A stretch of DNA of 64,000 nt, taken from positions 38,874,001 through 38,938,000 of the forward strand of contig OX597825.1 in the NCBI GenBank assembly GCA_951406725.2. Reading direction: 5' to 3'. This DNA comes from Octopus vulgaris (Eukaryota). The translations under genes and the position numbers were made by a program. Below the pieces are notes generated by a model, which did no database searches, was not told the DNA's origin, and worked only from the letters and a program-made list of their open reading frames with translations. Shown one piece after another: positions 52,802 through 64,000 of this stretch; the first letter of the stretch is position 1; each line of letters opens with the position of its first letter.

Positions 52802-53555
52802 GAAATCGTATGGTAGCAAAAAAATTTATGAAAAATTCTCCTCTACCAATGGTCTAGCGAGAAGGAAAAAAATAGTCAATAGACTATATAGTATACATTT
52901 AAACACATATGAGACGACCATAATAGGACATCTGACTCACTAGAAAGAGCAGTTAAACTCCAAACCACTAATAGTTGTAATTCTGAAAGGAAATGAGAAA
53001 TAAAAACGTTTACCCTATCTTTCCTGGACTATGCATAGTTTCGGCAATCTTTTGTAAATAAAATAAAATTATTTTACTTTACAATTGGCGTTGTCATCTT
53101 CAGCGGAAGCCAAGGCTAACATATAGGCACGAGGCGACAAGGACCATGCCACTAGTCTATATGCTATAACTTTTCAAAATCCACCACACACGCGCGGTTT
53201 TTCAGCAGTTAATATAACTGCCGATTTTCTTTCAAAATTAGCCAAAAATTCCTTTTATCATTAATTAATAAATCTCAGGGTAGCAAAAAAATTTTAGAAA
53301 TATTCTAGAAAAATTCTCCGCTAACAGTGGTCTAGCAAGAAGGAAAATATAGTCAATAGACTATATAATATACATTTAAACACATAAAAGACAACCATAA
53401 TAGGACATCTGACTCACTAGAAAGAGCAGTTAAACTCCAAACCACTAATAGTTGTAATTCTGAAAGGGAAAGAGAAATAAAAACGTTTACCCTATCTTTC
53501 CTGGACTATGCATAGTTTCGGTAATCTTTTGTATTTCTCTTTTCCTTTCAGAACC
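52797..53555 (-). mobile_element. Third HHR-bearing element family: ~470-nt monomer, 1.5 tandem copies, abutting (TA)n
   Basis: 52797-53054 is repeated at 53264-53533 (period 467-477); the second copy breaks inside helix II and is followed by a short inverted piece (53533-53553). Confidence 0.85.
53021..53108 (-). ncRNA. Type I hammerhead ribozyme, intact core, GUC cleavage triplet
   Basis: ttccg-CTGAAGA-t-gacaa...ttgcc-GAAA-ctatgcatag-TC-caggaa; palindromic helix III actatgcatagt; one helix II mismatch. Confidence 0.78.
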
Positions 53556-53719
53556 AAGGTACAATAGATGGTTATTTGTTTATATATCAACCAATAAGTG
53601 GTAAATTGATAAATGACCATGATAAGTTTTGAAATTAGAAGAAACACTAATCATTGCTGAAAATCTGCTGCTTCACCATATTCTAATAAGAGGATGGCCA
53701 ACACAGCAGTGGCGATTTA

Positions 53720-54545
53720 TTATTTTTTTATATCTTTATTGCATACAAACATTCTTGAAAGATAAGTAATTTCACATAGCACTGAAATTTTGGCAAATAG
53801 TTAAATAACATTTAATTTGATTTAAACTTTTTAGAGAATTTCTAATAAACACATGGAATAAACTTCCCAAAATGCAAAGAAAAAAGTAATTTGACATTAA
53901 TCAAGAAAAATGTATTTAGATGTATTGTAAACAACTTGCACATGCAAGTGCTACCAGTCAAAATCTCCGCATACCGAAAGCCAGCAAGTGTATGTGTTTA
54001 CCAGGAGAGAATGCACGCAAGATCGGGGCCTACCTCTCTACAGCATCAATGCGCGTCGCCCCACCCCCTTATTGATATGATGCCCAGCTTGCTAGATGAT
54101 TTTTTTATTAAATAAAGCTAAATATTCTTTAAGCCATCGCTCATCGCCTCTGTTTAACCAAATCCAGTGGCTAACAATTTCGCCAGTTGTTTCGTTATCG
54201 CTCATGGTGGTATTTACTTTACAACGAGTTAGACCTAACAATAACAACATTCGTCTAATACCGTGTCCAAGAAACACTCTACATCCGATTTCGTTTGGAA
54301 AATGTTCCGCTTTCCAGCCTGCGACTTAACATTCCTCGAAAGGTTTACATAACGGTCAATCTTTTGAGCCCGAGCGGCATCCATGTTATCTTCATGAGGA
54401 ACCGGTAACTCGACTTGATTCACAACTTTCTTTCCTTCAAACCACATTAAAATGTCTGGTTCTTGCGTAACTGGGATCGGAAACTTTCCCTGGCACCATG
54501 GTAAATCCGTAGTCACTTCCCAATAGTAGTTCTACTTTTCATCGC
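53720..54545 (-). mobile_element. Hero/NeSL-like (restriction-like endonuclease) LINE 3' fragment
   Basis: ORF 54235-54516 EPDILMW...KVVNQVELPVPHEDNMDAARAQKIDRYVNL matches the REL pattern PD..ELTVPWE.N...A..RK..RY. Confidence 0.75.
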
Positions 54546-55528
54546 TCACTGAAAACAGTCTTTAAATAAACTATATATAGAAAACGTAGTGTACTAAAAT
54601 TATATAAATACGATAATAAAATTGCTGTAATTGTGTGTTGATTTGAGTAAAGTTAAAGAAAAATAATTATTATATGTTTACAGAAAACATAACAAATATT
54701 TCATTGAAAAAAAAATGAAACACTTTTGAAAGATAAATGGATAAAAGAAAATGAAACAAAATAAACTCCATACAAAAAAATCAATAAAGATACCTTGAAC
54801 AAAAATAATTACCAAAACACAATGATGGATTAGATTTGAGTCATTTTGGGAGTGTAGTGCTATTGACAACTACGAGTTCATCGATGAAAAATAATGTAGG
54901 AATGTTATTGAATATTTGAGTAGGAAAACAGATCTATCAACTAATTTGAATAGTGCTATAAAGGGTTCTGATATCAAATAGTTGCACCTATTGTTAAATC
55001 TGTCACATTGGGGAATATGTAGATATTCATTAAATGAATTTAACAGAGCTTTCTATATTGAACTATCTCTGATTGCATCACTTTTATAGATGACCAGGGA
55101 AATAAGAGTTGCTCATAAAAACCTAATCTCATCTAGACATCATTTTTCATTTTCTTTAACTATTCTAGTATCAGAGCCTACATTCCCATGTGTTTTAATG
55201 GTGCATGATAAAACCAATTTAGCTTTAGAAGAGGATTGGTTTGAAAGTTTTCAAAGAAAAATTTACATATTACGAGTGATTAGATTTCTGATTAGTAATT
55301 TTGAATTTTCTAGGCAGGATGTAGTGTAAAAGGAATAAATTGTTTCGGTGATGTACAAAGAACAGAAAGAATGTTAGATAGATCATAAGTAGAAACTAAG
55401 TAATATGGAGAAGGGCATGAGAATATGCGCATATACAAGAGTATACATATGCTTATATACACACCCAAACAAGCGCACAAACAACATACACACACACGCA
55501 CACACACACATATATATACATAAATATA

Positions 55529-56721
55529 TTGGGTCAGCCCATAAATAATGCGGTTTTTTCATTTGCATGAACTAAAAGTCGGAGGGGGATGGGATAAACT
55601 ACCTGCATCGGCTTGCTACAAAAACAGGAAGTAATTTTACATAGTACTTATTCTTAGTGCAAATATTCAAAAGTGCATTTCGATTTTAACAGGTATTTTT
55701 TAAAAGTTATATTGGAAGTGACAAATGAGCATATTTGGCATATTATTCTTTAGAATTCAATAAAGTCAACAATGCAGTATATGGGGTCGGACAATATGCA
55801 TAAGCCAGTGTCAACGGTGATTCCATAAATTCCGGGGCGTAGACGAGCCTCGTCCTGGAAGATCTGTAGACCTCGACGAAAAAGTCTGCAAACACTGTTG
55901 GAACAAAATCACTTCATATCTGTTGAGAAACTATCAGAGAAGCTTGGATGTGGTCATCGACACCTAAGTGCCACCGGAAAATGCAGCAAATCGGGTCAGT
56001 GTGTTCTTCACAAAATTTTGGAATCTAATGGCAAGCAGAGAGTGAATGTGTGCTCTTCTTTGCCGTTACGTCTTGCGAATGAAAATTTTGGACCTAAGAG
56101 TGACTTGTGACACGAAGTGGCTTCTCTATAAAAATGTCAAGCGGCGAAGACAGTAGGTCGGGAAAGGAAAAACACCGGCATCACCGGCTAAGGAAGGTCT
56201 TCACTCATGTAAGGTGTTGTTATCTGTTTTGAGGGATATAAAGTCTTAATCCGAAACCAAACGATATGAAAGGAGTTCTACTATGAGGAGCTTGAGCGGC
56301 TTAAGTCAGCGCTAGAAAAAAGAAACGACTATTTTTTGGTTTCAAGACGAAAGGTGTTCTTTATTAGGATAATGCTCGGCCGGATACAGCGAGGGTGACA
56401 TTCCAAAGGGTGGAGCAGTTTAAATGGGAAACGATGCTGCACCCTCCATATTCGACGGATATTGCCCCATCGAATTATAATTTATTCTGCAGCTTTCAAA
56501 ATCATTTGAACGGAAATTTAGGAATTCTGCAAACGAAGTCAGATCTGTACTGGAGAGTATTTTTCGTCACGGACAAGTGAATTTCGAAAGAGGAGCCTTT
56601 CAAGTCTACTAGACAGATGGAAGAGCATTTTAATATATGAAGAAGAGTATTTCTAGATTTGTTTATCTTAATTTTGAAAAATACAAGTATAAAAAACTGC
56701 ATTAATTGTGGGATGACCCAA
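55529..56721 (+). mobile_element. Full-length decayed mariner
   Basis: TIRs ttgggtcagcccataaataatgcggttttt and aaaaactgcattaattgtgggatgacccaa with TA flanks; TCDTKW (56103), DNARP (56368), WETMLHPPYSTDIAPSNYNLF. Confidence 0.9.
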
Positions 56722-57369
56722 TACACACACACAAAAGCACACACACATACACAAAAGCACACACACATACATACACACACAAAAACACACATACACACAC
56801 ACGCACAAACACACACACACATGCATTTCTGACATAGCGAGTGTGTGCATGTGTTTGCGCGTGCGTGTGCGTGAGTGTGTGCGTGTGCAAACGCTTTTGT
56901 TTAGCAGTTGATGTGTGCTTGTTTGAATGGTGTATGTATATATATTAATTGAAGTGTTCAGTATCATATATCCATGATAGCTTTCTGACCAGTTCGTTTT
57001 GTATTTACTAAGTGTTCAACGGAGTGTTAGATAACAGCCCAATTATGTAACCTCTGCTCTTCAGAGACACCAGATATGGAATAGAAAACTATGTATTGAA
57101 AAGTCTAACGTTATTACACGAATTGGCAACTTGCCAATTAAGGAGTCCGTTGCATTCAACCAATCAGGAAATACGTGACGAAAACAATTTCATTTGAAAA
57201 CGCACATTGGGTGTGTATGTAAAACTTCACAATGTGTGTGAATTTACAGAAAAGTTGGCTGTATATTCGGTGTTGGGGGATTTATGAATTTTCTAAGTGC
57301 CACAATGCAACGTTTCAGAAGAGAAACATAAGTACGATATATACACTGACGGTGTGTGTGTGTTAGAAT

Positions 57370-57860
57370 ATGCCACTGGTGTACAAACAAATTGGAATAC
57401 AATTTCAATCTGATTGTTATCGATCAGGCAATTCAACAGTTCTTAATAATGACACAATGAATACAATAATTGAAGTATCGGAAAATTCACCTGAGGTTTA
57501 ATAACACCTAGTTCAATATATAAGATTATCACGAACAAATTAGGAAAGAGTACAGAGAAAAGAAGTGGGTATCGCAAACCTCCCAAGAGAACAGAGTCCG
57601 CATTCCATGATGATCACCCAAGAACAAATAAATTCAATAGGCTGGGAAATCCTACATCACAATGCGTAACTATCACCACTGGGTTTCCAATTACTTTCGT
57701 AAATGGTGATTTGAAAAATTTTCAGAAATGGTGACATGCAGGAAAGGGACGCCAAACATTCTTCTCTTGTTCTAAACCTTATACTTTTACCCAAGGAATC
57801 AAAATTTGTTCGAAATTAGGGAATTACTGAGGAGGGCAACTCTATTTTATATGAATAAGC
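57370..57860 (+). mobile_element. Mariner remnant
   Basis: TQEQINSIGWEILHH (~57616-57660) resembles the mariner T...L...GWE.L.HP motif. Confidence 0.4.
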
Positions 57861-57944
57861 ATATTTACTATATGTTTCTCGTCGAATCGATCCCATTACT
57901 CGGGATATAAGATTACTTTTAAGTATCACTTATATATGTATGTA

Positions 57945-59100
57945 CGGGGCGGGGAATAGAGATCGCCAACATTTTGAATGGATATTAAAAAAGAGCACAA
58001 TTATCTAGGAAAAAACTGATTATATTTGTAAAATGCATATAAAAATATTTTTGAATTAATGTGTTTCAAAAAATATATCAAACAAATGGCGGCTGTCGTT
58101 GGCAATACATTGATAGAGTCGTTGCTGAACGTTTTCCCTGACTCTCCGTGTCATCTCAAGTAGAATTGTGTTGATATCATCCCTGATGTTTTTCCTTTAA
58201 ATCCTCAAACATTCAAGGGCGCTGTTGGAAAATCTTTTCCTTTCGGTATCACCAATGGAAAATTTCACAAAGGATTATATCTAGTGTCCTTGCCAGCAAC
58301 CCAACGTCTTCCCTTCAAGAGATCAAACGCCCGGGAAATATTTCCTTCGGCACTCCGAGTGAACATGACGCTGTGTGACCGGTGGTCCCATTCTGTTGAA
58401 TCCGAACATGTTCCGTATCGAAATCGTCCAGTTTGGGGCTCAAAAAGGCCTCCAGCATTTCAACCTACCAGGCTAAGGTAACAGTTACTGTTGCACCACC
58501 TACTTGAATAAAGTGCAGGCCAATCACAACAAAGTCGGCAACTTCAAACTATTATGCGAGGAGACTAAAATGGTCGTTGGAGGGTTTCATGACGATTCTC
58601 TTCAGCGTGGTAGGGAAACTTCTGCTTGTTTTACAACTCCATTGATATGAAAAAGATCCTCATCGGTACTCAGAAGAACAGCTAGAGTGGGAACTTGTGC
58701 AAAGATATTTACATATACGGCTCGGCAGTTCTTATGATCTGTCTCAGTTGAATTCTTGAACCAACATTATTTTGAAAGGTAACAGTTTCAAATCGACACG
58801 CAGAATGCTCCTCAACCTACAATTTGGTATCCTTGGTGGTACACTGTATATATGAGACGAACGGCTCATATGTATATGATGGTCTTACTGCTGCCATACT
58901 TTCTGGAATACTAATGGTCCTGGGGAACGAGTCCATTAATGTATTGCCATCAAAAATCACCATTTGCTGAACTACTTTTCAAAATAAAAAAAAACAAGCT
59001 ATTTTTATGTCCATTTTAGAAATATAATCAGATTTTTTCCTTGTTGATTGTATTGGTTATATTCTTTCATTATTCAAAATGTGGGAGATCTTTACGACCC

Positions 59101-59106
<6 letters not shown>
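57945..59106 (-). mobile_element. Decayed rosa-like Tc1/mariner transposon
   Basis: TIRs cggggcggggaatagagatcgccaacattttgaat and attcaaaatgtgggagatctttacgacccaccct; FQQNGT-like motif at ~58385-58405; 3' end similar to the 46444 element. Confidence 0.8.
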
Positions 59107-59169
<63 letters not shown>

Positions 59170-59264
59170 GTATACATATATATAAATATACATATGTATA
59201 CATATACCTGTGTGTATGTATGCTTCTATGTATATAAATATGTATGTATATTTTTTATCATTTT

Positions 59265-59736
59265 TCTTTTCTTCGTTTCAGTCATTTGATTGTAGGCATG
59301 CTGGAGCATCGCCTTTATTCGAAAAAACGGAGCGCAGTGTATATTATTTGCACGCCCAGTACTTACTCTATCGGTCAATTTGTCGACCTGCTAGATAACA
59401 GGGACGTAAACATACAAACTTCGGTTATCAAACAATGGTTGGGGTACAAATAGATACAGACAAACATATACATACATGCATACATACATACATACATACA
59501 TACATATGTATATATATGTGTGTGTGTTCGTGTGTGTGTGTATATGCGTGTGTGTCAGACAAATATATATGTATGACGGGATTATTTTCAGATTCTGTCT
59601 CCGAAACCCACTCGCAAGGCTTAGGTCAGCCGGGGGCTGTAGTAAAAGACACATGCCCAAGGTTTCACGCATTGGACCTGAACTCAGAACTATGTGGTTG
59701 GGAAGCAAGCTTCTTACCGCACAGCCACTTCTGCAC
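59265..59736 (-). mobile_element. SINE family A, complete with internal microsatellite
   Basis: Head 59574-59736 (gtggctgtgcggtaagaagcttgcttcccaaccac on the minus strand), internal CA/TA repeat, body 59265-59460. Confidence 0.85.
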
Positions 59737-59883
59737 CTCTATGTATGTATGTATGTATGTACGTATGTATGTATGTATGTATGTATGTATGTATGTATGT
59801 ATGTATGCATGCATGTATGTGTATGCATATATATATATATGCATGTATATATATGTATTTATATGTCTATATTATTGTATTTC

Positions 59884-59930
<47 letters not shown>

Positions 59931-59932
<2 letters not shown>

Positions 59933-60460
59933 CTCTGATTTTTCAGATTTTTGCATGCTAGGCTACTGGTTTTAAATTGATATTAAATTAATATTCAATT
60001 TATCTCCCTCTTTACTTAAATGTTAAAATAAATATGTTCTCTAATAGGCAGCATTAACTGCAGTAAATTATTTACTGCAGATTTTGTTTCCGGAATTTTA
60101 GCACGCCAGAACTCAGACATTTAAAATTAACCCCAATGTAATCGGTGAAACTAAGCACGTGTCTGTTTTTATACGGAAAACTGGTGGTTAGTTTTACAAA
60201 TTATATTACTTGTGGAACGATCGCACCGACGAGCCCTACGGACGATGGATTACGTAAGTGATTCATTCCTGAATAGGCGAAACCGCCGGTCTGCGTTTAA
60301 TTCTTGTTTTCTATATAATTTTCTTCTGTCTTGCCCGCATATTGTTCTGGTTACAGCTGAATGTTTCTCTAGAGAACATTCTTTTTTTTGTAGTTTGATC
60401 GTAGGTGATCTACTTCTAGCACATGGCTGACCACATAGTGGTTTTTTAGCTCTTTAAATA
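59931..60460 (+). mobile_element. Fourth HHR-bearing element between (TA)n tracts
   Basis: Non-coding 530-bp segment bounded by TA runs; HHR motif at 60222; 3' end atagtggtttttt. Confidence 0.65.
60222..60295 (+). ncRNA. Type I hammerhead ribozyme with core substitution (CCGACGA)
   Basis: cgca-CCGACGA-gcccta...taggc-GAAA-ccgccgg-TC-tgcg; all three helices pair; U4 changed to C. Confidence 0.75.
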
Positions 60461-60465
60461 TACAC

Positions 60466-60520
<55 letters not shown>

Positions 60521-60523
<3 letters not shown>

Positions 60524-61312
60524 GGTAAGCAACAGGTTGCTTAGCCACATACCGAAAAATTAGAAATAGCAGTCAAAGACTGTTTATTTCTATGTTCTAC
60601 AAAACTATATATTGAACATTTTTTATAAAAGTTCCTACCGTTAATGGTTATATTTACATGCCGAAATCTACCCGTAAATAATTGTTGGTTTTATCTTAAA
60701 CTATTAAAACTACTATTTACTCTTATTATAATACTCATAATGAAATGTTCACTCCCTAATGGCAATCCATAGTTCTATCTCTAAGGAATAACTTTTGTAA
60801 TAGGCATGGTAAAATTTTGGAGAGAAAATGCGAATTCAATCGTCTATATAGATTTGGCCTATGCTAACTATCTTCCACTATTCCGACGACGCTAGCTCGG
60901 GAGGTAGAGCTATGTATAACATTTGTGAAATCCATCTAAGTGGAGAGTTACGTTGATGAAGGATATGAAGATTCATTTCTAATCCAGAAACGCATTCGTA
61001 AATAATCCTTAGACTTTGCTTTCGTTATCTCTTCCTTCCATTTTGCATATGTGAATTGCAGCGATATGTCGTATGTGAAGTCTCATTTGTAGAAAATAGA
61101 AATAAACAGTCTTTGACTGCTATTTCTAATTTTTCGGTATATGGATAAGCAACATGTTGCTTGCCCCTTTTATTTATATACAAAATTATATACTGAACTT
61201 TTTTTTATAAAATTGCCTACTGTTAATGGTTATATTTACATGACGAAATCAACCCGTAAATAATCGTTGTTGTTTTTTAAAAACTATTAAAACTATTATT
61301 TACTCTTATTAT
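60521..61312. mobile_element. Fifth HHR-bearing element with nested inverted and direct repeats, flanked by (TA)n
   Basis: 60521-60603 is inverted at 61087-61169; ~60599-60731 is directly repeated at ~61180-61312. Confidence 0.8.
60947..61006 (+). ncRNA. Degenerate hammerhead motif (TTGATGA core)
   Basis: gttacg-TTGATGA-aggat...atcca-GAAA-cgcattcg-TA; helix III near-palindrome acgcattcgt; stem I eroded. Confidence 0.5.
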
Positions 61313-62455
61313 ATATATATATATTTATACACACATATACATGAATAAGTATACATATATATATATGCATATAATTATTGAACATGTACGCATATATGAA
61401 GAAGATAACTTAAAGCCCAGGAAGATAGATATGAAAGTATCCACCAATGGAAAACATAGGTACACATGCAGACACTCTCAGCAAGCATATATAGACTGTT
61501 ACACAGACAGACAGCCAGACAAACATGCATAGTGGCTGACGCATACATATTACGCCTATGTGACTATGTCTAACACACACACACACACACACACACATAG
61601 CGTAGAATTCTCTCAGTATGTTTATTATTGAAAGGTTATACAAAAATCAAAGGAGAGTAGGAATGTGCGAAATACAGATAAGAAGTGATGCGTGGATAAT
61701 TAGTATATCGACACCAATGGGACGATAGAAGGATTTATACATGGCACATTCCATATGATATATTGAAGGAAGAAAACCTAAGCTGTATCTGTTTGCATGG
61801 GAATGGAAGCAGAAATCGTTCTTCCTATAAACTTGTACATAACAATCACATATATATCTACATATATACATACCTATATAGATAGGTACATACGTAGATA
61901 TATGCATAAAGACACTTATACATACATTCATACACACATGTACGTATATACACATAAACGTATGCATGTATATATGAATTTCTTTTTGCATGTATATGTG
62001 TGCATGCTTATGAATGAGTGTCCAGAGGCTGGAACCTAGCATAACAGAAATAGAGAAAGGCAATATTAATAGAAGCACTGAAGAATAATCAATAATTTTA
62101 GTAGTAAACTTAGTCATTGTTAGTTTCGCATTCGTCTTAGTCATCATGTCATAGGGTACACAATTTGGTTCTTATGACTGAAAAACGACACAAAGTCTCC
62201 AAACGTCAATATAATGATCACCTAATGAGAAATGGAGTTAACGTACATTCCTAGAAATATATCTAAATTTATGTTATGCGTGTCTTATTGTCTTGTGTAA
62301 AATCACGATCAAAACATACGATACTATATTTATCGATGCACATATATAATGACTTGGTCATTCCATGAAAGAATGCAGTCATAGCGCTGTTTGATATAAC
62401 TTAGTGTCAATTTAAGCAACGATTATAATAACAGCAATTAATGTTAGATTTATCA

Positions 62456-62960
62456 AGGAGGTGACCTGGCAGAATCTTTAGTACACCGTGCAAAATATTT
62501 TGAGGAATTTCGTCTATCTGCACTTTCTCAGTAATGGGATGCGGAGAGGTAGGCTATGACGGGATTAAGAAAAGATGATGCAGGCGATCAGTTGAAGGAC
62601 AAGAAATGAAGAGGTAGGGTAGCTGTAGAAAAAAAATGGCTCAGTTAAACCAGCCGAATATTTAATATTTCCTCCATTTGTTATGTGGATCGATGTAGTA
62701 CTCTTTGGTTGCACATTGCGGGGTAACTGATGACATGTCATGTTGCTTCGAATTGGTAGTGACCTGATACACATTGTGGTATTTTTCAAATAATCTCCCT
62801 TATTGAAAAATTGAAAGGGTGGCAGCTTGGAAGAATTTAGAGCGCATGACATATTATCTATCTCCACATTTTTCTACTCGAAGAATCCTAACTTTATATA
62901 TCGGGGTGACGATCAAAATTGTCTTTCATCCTCCCGGTTTGGATAAAATAAGGTAGTAGC
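62456..62960 (+). mobile_element. Split, decayed family-B SINE (62456-62532 and ~62900-62960)
   Basis: ggtgacctggcagaatctttagtacaccg head and ttgtctttcatcctcccgg core, separated by ~370 bp of unrelated DNA. Confidence 0.5.
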
Positions 62961-63129
62961 CTTGGCTAAAAAACAAAAACCTTTTTTAATTATTAGGGAA
63001 GTTAGCAACAGTTATTGAACTCTAAAATTGCGCACAATGATTATATCAACAGCACAGAAATCTGTACGAAAGTTATATTTAGTTGTATAGCATATATGTA
63101 CACACATATAAACACGCACACACACAGAC

Positions 63130-63170
<41 letters not shown>

Positions 63171-63255
63171 CAAATATTTTTCTACATACGTAAATTTACA
63201 GACGCTAATGTATATACGCGCATACATACATACATTCACACATACACACACAGAC

Positions 63256-63308
<53 letters not shown>

Positions 63309-63753
63309 TACAAACAGACACACATATATAGACGTATATTTGTGCGTATGTATGTGCTCTTGTATAAATTAAGCATACGCAAACACACTTGATTTGTGGC
63401 GGGGTTTTGTCTGCTTTCGTTAGTTGTCGCATTGTTTCTTTTTTCCTTAAACAACTTCAATTCATATGCTCGATTAATATCATTGGCAAGGAAACACAAC
63501 TAGCAGCTCCTCCCTTTGTAATGTTTCTTTGATATACTAATTTGTGCTAATCAACGAGAACAATGTTATCAGAAATGAAATCTAGGATGTTTATCAAGCT
63601 ACAATGTTCAATATGTAAGTTCAAACGAATTACATTGTTACTAGTGGTATAATGTCACTGGAATCATTAGGTATATGTAGTAGGTATATACAGGGACATA
63701 CGTATGAACACATATGTAGATGCTTTCGTAATCGCAGGCATGTGTATATGTGA

Positions 63754-63793
<40 letters not shown>

Positions 63794-63810
63794 GTATGCA
63801 TGTACGTATG

Positions 63811-63877
<67 letters not shown>

Positions 63878-64000
63878 GTGTGCGTGTGCATCTGTGAACA
63901 TATACACATTTTTTCTAAACAAGAATGTTTCGACGTGTTAAACCATTGTCGGACTACGAAGCATTGGAGTTAGCTTTGCCTTTATATAGTCTGAGGTTAA

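Overview
AT-rich, microsatellite-dense, repeat-dominated eukaryotic DNA. The SINE families and (TA)n/(CA)n density suggest an octopus or other cephalopod (inference). No host protein-coding gene is supported, so this is probably intronic or intergenic sequence. The window is a mosaic of decayed transposons: R4/Dong, RTE, CR1, Tx1/L1 and Hero-like LINEs; Penelope-like elements (PLEs); a MULE; several mariners; DD41D (rosa) Tc1/mariners; a hAT; and tRNA-derived SINEs. The most interesting signal is a set of short non-coding elements (0.4-1 kb) from several sequence-unrelated families. They sit in (TA)n tracts, carry type I hammerhead ribozyme (HHR) motifs with family-specific palindromic helix III, and occur as tandem (~430-480 nt monomer) or inverted copies, like retrozymes or PLE-dependent elements. 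All five plus-strand HHR cores carry substitutions in CUGANGA, while the three minus-strand cores are intact. One PLE insertion bounded by a 12-bp TSD contains a tRNA-like Pol III module upstream of its HHR. Boundaries of decayed elements are approximate and were read by eye.
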